Virus record (IMG/VR): IMGVR_UViG_3300000553_000005
Coordinates: 32,001 to 96,000 of that record
DNA length: 64,000 nt
Origin: a virus
Reading direction: 5' to 3' (one strand)
Made by a program: the position numbers and the translations under genes. Below, piece by piece: positions 45,576 to 54,181 of this stretch. Position 1 is the stretch's first letter. Every line of letters begins with the position of its first letter. The notes below the pieces were generated by a model. It saw nothing but the letters and a program-made list of their open reading frames with translations, searched no databases and was not told the DNA's origin.

Positions 45576-46148
45576 GTGGATTGGCAAGATCGAATTGAAA
45601 ATTATAAGAAGGAAACTGGTTTTCCTGAAGCTCTTTTTATTGGAGCAGATGGCCGTGTTGTTGGAACGTGGATAATGGGCAATAATTACGCTGTTAAATC
45701 CACTTTTTATGGTGGATATCCCCACGGTTATTTAAAACGTATTAAGTCCTTATTTCCTGATAAACAAAATGTTCTCCATCTGTTTTCAGGTAAAGTGGAC
45801 ACTGTTCTTTTCCCAGGTAAAACTGTGGACATAAACGCTGAAAATAAACCTGACTATGTGGATGACGCTCAAACTTTAGTTAATGTTCCATTGGAGGAAT
45901 TTGATTTAGTTCTGGCTGATCCTCCTTATAGTATAGAAGACTGTGACCACTACCAGACTTCCATGGTAAAAAGAACAGTAGTTATGAGAACTCTTGGAAA
46001 AAGATTGACTTCAGGAACTCATGTAATTTGGCTCGACCAAGTACTTCCTCAATATCGTAAAGACCAATTTTCTATGGAAGCGGTTATTGGTATGGTTAAA
46101 TCGACTAATCATCGTTTTAGAGTTATTACCATTTTTAGAAAGTTATAA
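45576..46148 (+). CDS. Orphan amino-methyltransferase (DPPY)
   Basis: VLHLFSG (motif I-like), VDIN, DLVLADPPY (motif IV); GGAG RBS before GTG 45576. Confidence 0.7.
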   Translation: MDWQDRIENYKKETGFPEALFIGADGRVVGTWIMGNNYAVKSTFYGGYPHGYLKRIKSLFPDKQNVLHLFSGKVDTVLFPGKTVDINAENKPDYVDDAQTLVNVPLEEFDLVLADPPYSIEDCDHYQTSMVKRTVVMRTLGKRLTSGTHVIWLDQVLPQYRKDQFSMEAVIGMVKSTNHRFRVITIFRKL

Positions 46149-46149
46149 T

Positions 46150-46977
46150 ATGGTTAGAGCAAAGAAAATTAAACCAACTTTGGCAGAATTAATTAAAATC
46201 CCCCCTATTCATGATATAGAGGAATGGGTAGTGGTGGGGATTGATCCTTCATTATCCCGCACTGGCCTTTGTCTTCTTAATAATTTAGGGGATCATTGGC
46301 GTTGGAGCCACATTGCATCTCTGAAACCTTTTGATGCCTCCTATCCGACTTGGGTTCGTGCAATCATGATGGCAGAGTATATTCTTGCTTCAGTAAATAA
46401 ACTAGATGGCTGTATTCCTGATATTCTTGGGGATTTTACTCCAACTAAAGGTTTAATTATAACTCTGGAAGCTCCAACCCCCATGAATGACCATCTCAAT
46501 ATTGTGAATAAAATCCTTCATACTATTATTGTTCCTGGTTTGAATATACATTTTAAAGAGGTGTATATTCAACACGTTAATGCCATGACTATGAGATCTT
46601 GTTTTGGCCTTAAAGCTACCGGCAATAACAAATATGAGAACATTCAGAAGGCTCAAGAATTTGCCCCTGCTGCTATCTATCCTGGCATTGATTCTGATTC
46701 CTGTGATGCTATTCTTTTATCTCAGTTTGGGCGTTATACGGCTGACTTCTTTTTGGGTAAAGAGTTATCAGAAATCCCCGATAGGATAGCCTTAGCCCTT
46801 TGCGACTTCACTGATGTAGAGAAAGGTAAGGGGAGAAATGCTTATGTAGTCAAAAAAGGAATTCTTTATAACCCTGCTTACTGGTTTAAATATGAACCCA
46901 CAGAATACAGTATTAGTATAAAGGACGCACGAATCCCGCCTAAGAAAAGGCTGGAAGTTATCAAGACCATCATATAG
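46150..46977 (+). CDS. RuvC-like Holliday junction resolvase
   Basis: VVGIDPSLSRTG, ITLEAP, DSCDAILL; directly upstream of recA. Confidence 0.75.
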   Translation: MVRAKKIKPTLAELIKIPPIHDIEEWVVVGIDPSLSRTGLCLLNNLGDHWRWSHIASLKPFDASYPTWVRAIMMAEYILASVNKLDGCIPDILGDFTPTKGLIITLEAPTPMNDHLNIVNKILHTIIVPGLNIHFKEVYIQHVNAMTMRSCFGLKATGNNKYENIQKAQEFAPAAIYPGIDSDSCDAILLSQFGRYTADFFLGKELSEIPDRIALALCDFTDVEKGKGRNAYVVKKGILYNPAYWFKYEPTEYSISIKDARIPPKKRLEVIKTII

Positions 46978-46985
46978 GAGAAAAA

Positions 46986-48233
46986 ATGGCAAGGAAGACA
47001 CTAAAGACAGCGACATTCAGTTCTGGGGATAAAAAGGCCGCATTTCTTGAAGCTATGGGAATGATGGATGATTCTGATGCGACTACCTTAAAGATGGATA
47101 TTGAAGAGAAATTCACCCCCACTCGTTCCATTGTCCTGGATAACGTCTTACGCCTTAGAGGACTTCCTCGCGGTGGAAGAATGATTCATATTCATGGTAA
47201 AGAGCATGGTGGTAAGTCCACCCTCTGCTACTCTATGGTCAAGGCTTATCAGCAACAAGAAGACGAGCCTGTTGTTATCTTTGATTTTGAAGGTACTGCA
47301 ACTCCCGGCTATCTCCGTGGTCTAGGTGTAGATTGTTCCCGCGATGCTTTGGCTGTCATGAAGCCAACTTGCGTAGAAGATGCTATCAAGCAGACCATTA
47401 CTTTCATGAAGGCAGGAGTTAAACTGTTTATTTATGACTCTATTCCTCGTATGAAATCCATGGTTGACGAAAAAGAAATTTTCAATGGTGGAGCCTTCAA
47501 GCAATCTATTGGTGATCATCCTAAGGTCATGCAAAAATTTTTTGATATCTTACTTCCTTACGCCATTAAGTACGATTGCTTATTTATTATGGTTAATCAG
47601 ATTCGTGCAAGAATTGAAATGACCCAAGAGGCATTACAGGCTCAAAAATATGCTTCAATCACCAATGTGAATTACTCCCTTCCTGGTGGTTACTCAGTTC
47701 GTTTCACTTCTTCGCTTTCTATTGAAGTTAACGTAGCTAAAGCTTTTCGTGCGGGAGGTTACGCTAATGACCCATTTGTTCTTGAACCAGGAGATAACAA
47801 GGGGGACTATGTAGCCACCAAAATTAAAATTCGTATCATCAAGAACAAAGCCACCACCGGAGGTTATCGTGAATTCCATCTCTGGCTTCGTCCTGGTTTG
47901 GGTCTTGATGATTGGATTTCAGTCCGTGAGTTGGCCCGTAATTATGGCCTTATCACCAATAAGGGGAAGAAATATATTGTTGGGAACGAAGATAATCCAA
48001 TCAAGGTATACGATTCAAAAGACGATGCTATTGAAGGTCTAGTTGTTAACCCTGATTATGAAGTTCTAAGCCGTTTGAAAGTAATTGTCGCTGCCGCGAT
48101 TGAAAGCGACCATGGCGCGTATACTACTGAACTTACTGATGGAGATAAATATGCCGCTGGTGAGAAGGATATTGAAACTTCTACAGTTACAGTAGCCTCT
48201 TTTGAAGAGGATGATGATGACTCATTTAGCTAA
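46986..48233 (+). CDS. recA: RecA/UvsX recombinase
   Basis: GLPRGGRMIHIHGKEHGGKSTL, IFDFEG, IYDSIP, VNQIR, PGG..VRF, IIKNK. Confidence 0.9.
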   Translation: MARKTLKTATFSSGDKKAAFLEAMGMMDDSDATTLKMDIEEKFTPTRSIVLDNVLRLRGLPRGGRMIHIHGKEHGGKSTLCYSMVKAYQQQEDEPVVIFDFEGTATPGYLRGLGVDCSRDALAVMKPTCVEDAIKQTITFMKAGVKLFIYDSIPRMKSMVDEKEIFNGGAFKQSIGDHPKVMQKFFDILLPYAIKYDCLFIMVNQIRARIEMTQEALQAQKYASITNVNYSLPGGYSVRFTSSLSIEVNVAKAFRAGGYANDPFVLEPGDNKGDYVATKIKIRIIKNKATTGGYREFHLWLRPGLGLDDWISVRELARNYGLITNKGKKYIVGNEDNPIKVYDSKDDAIEGLVVNPDYEVLSRLKVIVAAAIESDHGAYTTELTDGDKYAAGEKDIETSTVTVASFEEDDDDSFS

Positions 48234-48396
48234 TAGCACTCATATTTATTACGATCCAAAGTTCAAGCCCCAAGATGATCAAGGCTGTATGCACAAGGCT
48301 TGTCCTGAGTGTCATGGAACAGGTAGAAAAACGGACGGTTCTATGTGTATCCACTTTATCTCTTGTCCGTGTCCCAAATGCACCCCATATTGTTAA
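48217..48396 (+). CDS. Small Cys-rich Zn-finger protein
   Basis: CMHKACPECHGTG...CIHFISCPCPKCTPYC. Confidence 0.65.
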   Translation: MTHLANSTHIYYDPKFKPQDDQGCMHKACPECHGTGRKTDGSMCIHFISCPCPKCTPYC

Positions 48397-48405
48397 GGAG
48401 AACAG

Positions 48406-49041
48406 ATGAAAGATGCAACTGATATCGCAGTAGTACTAGACCGTTCCGGCTCCATGCAAAATATTCAACATGATACGGAAGGGGGATTTAACACTTTTGT
48501 TAAAGAACAGAAGGAGCAACCGGGTGAGGCTAAATTAAGTCTTTACCAATTTGATGATAAGTATGAGGTAGTTTACGAGAATATGGATCTGAATAATGTT
48601 CCTGCTCTTTCTCTTATTCCTCGCGGCTACACCGCCCTTCTGGATGCTGTTGGTAAAACCATTCAGAGCCGTGGAGAGTATTATGCTTCTCTGGCTGAAG
48701 AAGATCGCCCTGAACGAATTGTTTTCGTTATCATCACTGATGGAGAAGAGAATCATTCAACTGAGTATACTCTGGATGCCGTTAAGAGCCTGATTACACT
48801 CCAGAAAGAGACTTACAAATGGCAATTTGTGTTCCTTGGGGCCGATATCAATTCTGTCGCTGTCGGAAGCTCCATGGGTATTTCCAAAGGATCTACAATG
48901 GATTTTGCTAAATCTCCTGTTGGAGTGGCTAACACTTACTCCAATCTATCGAAGAATATTTCCAGCTATCGTTCTTGTGCTAGTAGAGAGGTGTCCTTCT
49001 CTGATGCTGATCGTATTGATTCCATGAAGACTGATAATTAA
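48406..49041 (+). CDS. vWA domain protein
   Basis: VVLDRSGSM (MIDAS), TALLDA, IITDGEENHS, FVFLGA. Confidence 0.9.
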   Translation: MKDATDIAVVLDRSGSMQNIQHDTEGGFNTFVKEQKEQPGEAKLSLYQFDDKYEVVYENMDLNNVPALSLIPRGYTALLDAVGKTIQSRGEYYASLAEEDRPERIVFVIITDGEENHSTEYTLDAVKSLITLQKETYKWQFVFLGADINSVAVGSSMGISKGSTMDFAKSPVGVANTYSNLSKNISSYRSCASREVSFSDADRIDSMKTDN

Positions 49042-49052
49042 GGTGCCTTTGA

Positions 49053-50204
49053 ATGGCTAAGATTTACACGTTGTCAGCAAGAAATTTCCAGTCATGGCGA
49101 GAATTTAATCTCCCCATGACTGGATTTACGGTTATTATTGGTCCCTCTGATCGGGGTAAATCAGCTATCATTCGTTCCTTGCGTGGAATTTTACGTAATC
49201 AAGTAGGGGCCAACCATATTACCTACGGAGAAAAAGAAGTATCTGTAAAGTTGTCTTCGATTGATGGAGATGTAAAACTTTCTCGTAATGCTAAAACCAC
49301 TGCTTATACTGTAAACGATGAAGAATATAGTAAGCTAGCGGGTGCGGTCCCCCCTATTGTAGAGGCAATGAAGTTTAATGAGGTAGAAGTTAATGGAGTT
49401 AAGCTTGATCCTATTTTTGCTGGGCAGTTTGATTCTCAATTTATGCTTGATCTTAGTCCAGCCGAGTTAAACTCCATTTTTGGGTTATTTTCTTCTACAG
49501 AGAAATTGAATTCCGGAAAGAAAAATGCCGCTTCTAAGAATCTAGAATTTAATGCTACGGCTAAATTTCTAGCTTCTGAAATCCAAGAAGCTGAAGCTAA
49601 GAGTGGCCTACTAGAAACCTTAAATGATGAAATGGAACAGCAGAGCCAAGAAATTTTTAAATTAGAAGATTCTTACAACTCTGCATTGACCTCTCTAAAT
49701 CTTTTAGATCTGTTAAACGCTGGTCAAAAGAGAAAAAGACTCTTGAAAAAGGCAGTCGGCTTTCCCCTACCATTTACTGAAGTATTAGTTAACACTTTAA
49801 ATTCTGGTAGAAAATTGGTTCAATATACTAGAAGGAAGCAAAATCTCGAAACGATCAAAAAAGCTGCTTTAATAGACATTCCTTTTGGAAAAATTTTAGA
49901 ACAGCAGTTTTTGATCATCACTAAATTAATAAAAACTAAAAAACTTATCCAAAGAGTAGCGGCTTACAAACAGCTACCTATGGATCCAATTCAGAACGAA
50001 CTTAATCCTCTTTTCTCTCTTGTCAGCAAATTGACTACTTTTTCCAAATTGAATAAAAGTGTCATCAATAGGAAATTGGAATTGGATCTAAGTATTAAAC
50101 AAATAACCGAAATCACCAAACAGCTTGATGATTTACAAGGTAAGAGTATTCAGTGTCCTAAGTGTGGGCACTTTTTCACTGGAGTCACCCATGGGCATGA
50201 ATGA
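49053..50204 (+). CDS. SbcC/Rad50-like ATPase, N-terminal half only
   Basis: ARNFQS, Walker A GPSDRGKS, Q-loop, coiled coil; ends at CPKCG hook; no signature or Walker B motif. Confidence 0.8.
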   Translation: MAKIYTLSARNFQSWREFNLPMTGFTVIIGPSDRGKSAIIRSLRGILRNQVGANHITYGEKEVSVKLSSIDGDVKLSRNAKTTAYTVNDEEYSKLAGAVPPIVEAMKFNEVEVNGVKLDPIFAGQFDSQFMLDLSPAELNSIFGLFSSTEKLNSGKKNAASKNLEFNATAKFLASEIQEAEAKSGLLETLNDEMEQQSQEIFKLEDSYNSALTSLNLLDLLNAGQKRKRLLKKAVGFPLPFTEVLVNTLNSGRKLVQYTRRKQNLETIKKAALIDIPFGKILEQQFLIITKLIKTKKLIQRVAAYKQLPMDPIQNELNPLFSLVSKLTTFSKLNKSVINRKLELDLSIKQITEITKQLDDLQGKSIQCPKCGHFFTGVTHGHE

Positions 50205-50481
50205 AGATATTGCTGAATTGAATAAGAGGCTTTCCTCCTTGGCTAAGACCCAAGATGAAGCTAAGAAAATGTTAGCCGTAGAGGAACACAAGCTTGGAGA
50301 GCTTACTACCTCTTTGGAAGCTGAGGGTTATGATGTGGCAAATATGACAGAGGAACAGATCGCTGCCTTGGTTGTAGAATTAACTGATAAGTTTCATTCA
50401 ACTAAGGAAACGATTGAAGATAAACTTTCTGAAGTGGAAAAGCTATTCGCCAAGTTAGAAGAAATTAATCAGAAATCCTAA
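50191..50481 (+). CDS. Short coiled-coil protein
   Basis: Heptad pattern; between the sbcC-like and sbcD-like genes. Confidence 0.65.
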   Translation: MGMNEDIAELNKRLSSLAKTQDEAKKMLAVEEHKLGELTTSLEAEGYDVANMTEEQIAALVVELTDKFHSTKETIEDKLSEVEKLFAKLEEINQKS

Positions 50482-51491
50482 TGAAACCGAAAATTGTCAA
50501 ACTACCTTGGGAGAAAGTGACCTTTACTTGGATCACTGATATCCATCTATCTGCCATTCCTCCTGGTAAGCGTTCCCCTGATTACGAAGATCAGATGTTC
50601 AGCAAACTAGAATTTGTTAAAAATTTAACCACCAGTAGAGAAGCGGTGTGTTTGTGCGGTGGAGATATTTTTCATGTAAAGGGACCAAAAAGTTCTGCGA
50701 ATCCTCTTCGTATGATCAATCGACTCATTGGCTTAATTAAAACTTATCCTCTAGGCAAATGGTTTTCTTGTATTGGTAACCACGATATTCAATATGATCG
50801 AATGGACACAGTGACAAATCAACCTATCGGAGTGCTAATTGAATCTAATGTTCTCCATCCGATTAATTGGGAGCCTGTAATTTTTACCAATAAAAATGAA
50901 TCAGTTAAAGTTCTAGTGGAATCTTTTGACTATGCGGAGGGAGCAGAAACTTGTGCCGCTATTAAGGCGGCTGGGATGCGCCCAGAGGGTATCGATTATC
51001 GTATTGCTATAGTTCATGCCAGTGGAAGTCCAGGCGACTCTAGGGACAGTTTTGGTTCATGGATGATCGGCTACAATCAATTGAAGAACGAGGATTTTGA
51101 TCTCATCCTGTGGGGTCATGACCATTCTAGATTGGAAACTATGAGAGTCGGCAACGTCACCCATATTCATCTAGGAGCTTTGTCTAGAGCCGCTCTGACT
51201 GAAACTGAAATTACTCGTAAGATCACCGTCCCGATCTTAACCTTTACTCCAGAAAAAGCCAGTATCAAAGAGATAGATGTTCCTGTTCTCCCTGCTGAAC
51301 AAATTTTTAGGAAAGAGGATAAAGTCATTGAGAAAATTGATGAAGATAATGCCGAAGTTAAGAAATTTTTCAACGCTATGAACGATTCTGTGGATGGCAT
51401 TACCAGCGAGAATCCGATTGAAATCATTGAAGTTTTGTGTGAAAAAGACAGTAAGCTGTCTTCTCTTATAAAGGATTTGTGTGAATACTGA
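50481..51491 (+). CDS. SbcD/Mre11-like nuclease
   Basis: TDIH, GGDIFH, IGNHD, VH, WGHDH phosphoesterase motifs. Confidence 0.85.
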   Translation: MKPKIVKLPWEKVTFTWITDIHLSAIPPGKRSPDYEDQMFSKLEFVKNLTTSREAVCLCGGDIFHVKGPKSSANPLRMINRLIGLIKTYPLGKWFSCIGNHDIQYDRMDTVTNQPIGVLIESNVLHPINWEPVIFTNKNESVKVLVESFDYAEGAETCAAIKAAGMRPEGIDYRIAIVHASGSPGDSRDSFGSWMIGYNQLKNEDFDLILWGHDHSRLETMRVGNVTHIHLGALSRAALTETEITRKITVPILTFTPEKASIKEIDVPVLPAEQIFRKEDKVIEKIDEDNAEVKKFFNAMNDSVDGITSENPIEIIEVLCEKDSKLSSLIKDLCEY

Positions 51492-52365
51492 TTCCGTTTA
51501 TTCCAGGGCGAGTAGCAATCTATTGACTTTGATCAATCATGTATGGATTTCTGAAGAAGCTATGGTAGATTGGACTAAATCTCATATTTTTATTGAGTTG
51601 GATCGAACTACTAGAGCTTTTCTTATGGTTGGTAAATTGATAGATACTTCTCTTGTTGACTCAGGAATGAATAGTGGGTCAATTATGCCTCACGATAGAC
51701 TTATGACAGTTCTGGCTCTTGCTCCCAAGCTTAATGATTTTAATATTATAACTCAATTGCTTTTAAATTTAAAGACAGGAACTCCAGGAGTTGATGATGC
51801 TAAAATGTATTCGGATTTAACAGCGGCGGAAGAAAAATATAAAGATTCTGAGGATTCTCCATTTTCTAAAAAAGCAAAATTCAAAACTGGAGAGAATGTA
51901 ACTGATTACAATAACACTCTTGCTCTCGCCAAGAACTACAAAATTCTTTCAAATATACAAAAAGGAGTTAATTCGTACCGCATAACCCCTATTGGAAAAA
52001 CTCCAGCTTTAGCCGACCTCAATAATTTATCCAACTTATCTATTAATTCTCTTCTCCCTTACTTGAAAGGTTCTGAGCTTTATTTATTTGATACAACGGC
52101 TGTGTTGTTACATATTAGAGCAAAAGAGACAACCGATGGGATAATCGCTGATGGTCTTCAGTATTATATTAAGAGTGAGAGTGGAGGGGATATTGTAAAA
52201 AAGGCAATTGCCTCTAGATATTTAACTTGGGAGATTTTAAAGGAAAAAGGTGTTATGAATATTGTTCCTCGTTATGAATCATTATTAGTAACTGGAATGT
52301 CAGATGGGCTAAAAAATCTTTTGGATATCGGATTATTGGTGAAACTAAATGGACCTGAAAAATGA
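51481..52365 (+). CDS. Hypothetical protein
   Basis: Long co-directional ORF overlapping its neighbours. Confidence 0.65.
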   Translation: MNTDSVYSRASSNLLTLINHVWISEEAMVDWTKSHIFIELDRTTRAFLMVGKLIDTSLVDSGMNSGSIMPHDRLMTVLALAPKLNDFNIITQLLLNLKTGTPGVDDAKMYSDLTAAEEKYKDSEDSPFSKKAKFKTGENVTDYNNTLALAKNYKILSNIQKGVNSYRITPIGKTPALADLNNLSNLSINSLLPYLKGSELYLFDTTAVLLHIRAKETTDGIIADGLQYYIKSESGGDIVKKAIASRYLTWEILKEKGVMNIVPRYESLLVTGMSDGLKNLLDIGLLVKLNGPEK

Positions 52366-52573
52366 AGTTAAGGCTAAAATTCTTGCCAGAGATAACTCCT
52401 GGAAAGAATTTGTCAAAGAAAATGGCTCTGAGAAAATTAAAGACGCTTTCGTTGAATTAGTCGTTTCCTCCTTGAGAGAGGGTAAGTCCCCTATTTCTAA
52501 AGAAGTTCTAAAATCCATTATATTCGATGGAGCGACTATTACGGAAGCTGATATATTTATGAGATTAAAATAA
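52349..52573 (+). CDS. Hypothetical protein
   Basis: Tightly packed ORF. Confidence 0.55.
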   Translation: MDLKNEVKAKILARDNSWKEFVKENGSEKIKDAFVELVVSSLREGKSPISKEVLKSIIFDGATITEADIFMRLK

Positions 52574-52621
52574 TTCACCTCACTTCTGCCAATATCCGGT
52601 ATAATATAGACAGAGGTGTAT

Positions 52622-53341
52622 ATGAACGAACTGATCAAACTCGCCAACGCCAAGCTTGATTCTGAAGAGAAGGCTTGTGCTAGGGAGCGAGAAGAAGTGC
52701 TTAAGGAACAAAGTATTATGGCCGAAGCCATGTATACAGATTACCAATCTACCTTAAGTTCTATTCTGACTGCTACTTTGAAAAATGAGCTTCAGTTAAA
52801 CAGAGTGTATCGTTCTGACCAAGCTCCAGATGAATGTCCTTATATGGATTGGAGATTGAAAAATGAAATTATCCCAGGTTCTTTAGTTTGTTTTGGAGAA
52901 TTTAAGTATGAAAGAGAAGCCGATGGGAAGATTTATGTATTTCCAGTGAGGCTTATTCTGACTAAAGAATATGGGGACTTTAAAATTCTTTTCTGGCTCT
53001 ACAATTCCTATACAGGTGTGCGAAGAGAAGAATTAAATATAAAAAATAATTTGGAAGAGCAAATCGGTCTGATTCTTTTGGAACGGGCGGGGTGTGTTAA
53101 TAATCAATTTATTAAAAATCCTGGAACTCCTTTTAGAACAACTGTTGAGTTCCTTGCTTGGGCTTGTTGGACCGCTATGTTGGTTGGTGCAAGCATGGCT
53201 TTCTACGCTGTTTGGGGAAGGAATATAATAGAGAATACGTTGAATACCGGGAAGATTATCGCTGAGTACGGATTTTTTGGGAATTTGGTAGTCCTCCCTC
53301 TCAGTGTCATTGCATCTCTCATTGAACGAAAAAAGGAGTAA
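52622..53341 (+). CDS. Hypothetical protein with two C-terminal TM helices
   Basis: GGTATAAT promoter-like element and GAGGTG RBS; hydrophobic C-terminal segments. Confidence 0.65.
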   Translation: MNELIKLANAKLDSEEKACAREREEVLKEQSIMAEAMYTDYQSTLSSILTATLKNELQLNRVYRSDQAPDECPYMDWRLKNEIIPGSLVCFGEFKYEREADGKIYVFPVRLILTKEYGDFKILFWLYNSYTGVRREELNIKNNLEEQIGLILLERAGCVNNQFIKNPGTPFRTTVEFLAWACWTAMLVGASMAFYAVWGRNIIENTLNTGKIIAEYGFFGNLVVLPLSVIASLIERKKE

Positions 53342-53345
53342 ATAT

Positions 53346-53591
53346 ATGAAAAGCTGCCTGTTGTCTATCCTTTATACTTTTCTAGCTATGTTCCTGCTAG
53401 TTGATTTGGCCCTAGCTATTAAGATAGGTCTGACTGAAGGATGGAAGGCTGGTATTCTAATCGGTATACCAGCCTATATTGGACTCAGCCTCACTGCCCC
53501 TTTTATTCTTTTGTTTGCCATTCTTATTCCATTGATGCTTTTAAACAAAATAGAAGAAAAGATCAAACGAAGTAAGAAATATCAATACTAG
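53346..53591 (+). CDS. Small two-TM membrane protein
   Basis: AAGGAG RBS; two hydrophobic stretches. Confidence 0.65.
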   Translation: MKSCLLSILYTFLAMFLLVDLALAIKIGLTEGWKAGILIGIPAYIGLSLTAPFILLFAILIPLMLLNKIEEKIKRSKKYQY

Positions 53592-53598
53592 GAGTCTC

Positions 53599-54030
53599 AT
53601 GAAAAAATTTAAGAAGCCTAAGCCAGTAAAGAAAATCCGTAGGTCAGGACGTTGGATCAAGTGGAATAATAAACTTGATCAGTATGGCATTTTGATTGAA
53701 TTGGCTGATGTGTCTCACCTCAGTAAGAGAGCTTTTTCCACAGGCTATCTCTCTCCAAAAGTCCTTAAAAAATGGCGGAATAAGAGCAAGAAAAGGCTGG
53801 ATTCTGGCTATTGTAAACGTCCCAATAAATGTGTTTGGTTACCCGCGACTATTTTTAAGAAAGAGATTTTTAGTAAATATTCCCCTCCTAAATTTTGGTG
53901 GAGATGTCTGAAATGTGGTTGTGTTACTAATTATGTATGGGAACACGAACTATCTGAGCCTATGCTCAATGCTTATCGAAAACACACTAGAGTTTTTGGT
54001 GAAGAGGCAGAGGAACTCATTGAGGAATGA
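53599..54030 (+). CDS. Basic hypothetical protein
   Basis: AGGAG RBS; Lys/Arg-rich; CLKCG. Confidence 0.6.
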   Translation: MKKFKKPKPVKKIRRSGRWIKWNNKLDQYGILIELADVSHLSKRAFSTGYLSPKVLKKWRNKSKKRLDSGYCKRPNKCVWLPATIFKKEIFSKYSPPKFWWRCLKCGCVTNYVWEHELSEPMLNAYRKHTRVFGEEAEELIEE

Positions 54031-54061
54031 GTATTAGATATATAGGTTCTAAGGAGATTAC

Positions 54062-54181
54062 ATGAAGGCGATTTGGGAGTTTGTTATCAGTGGGTTGACT
54101 CTCATTGGGGGCGCAATCTTAGCTGGTGCTATTGTTCATACAGTAGTTAAATGTTTTATGCTCGGATGGGGTATTTTATGA
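54062..54181 (+). CDS. 39-aa hydrophobic peptide (not in ORF track)
   Basis: AAGGAG RBS; MKAIWEFVISGLTLIGGAILAGAIVHTVVKCFMLGWGIL*; stop overlaps the ligase ATG (ATGA). Confidence 0.55.
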   Translation: MKAIWEFVISGLTLIGGAILAGAIVHTVVKCFMLGWGIL

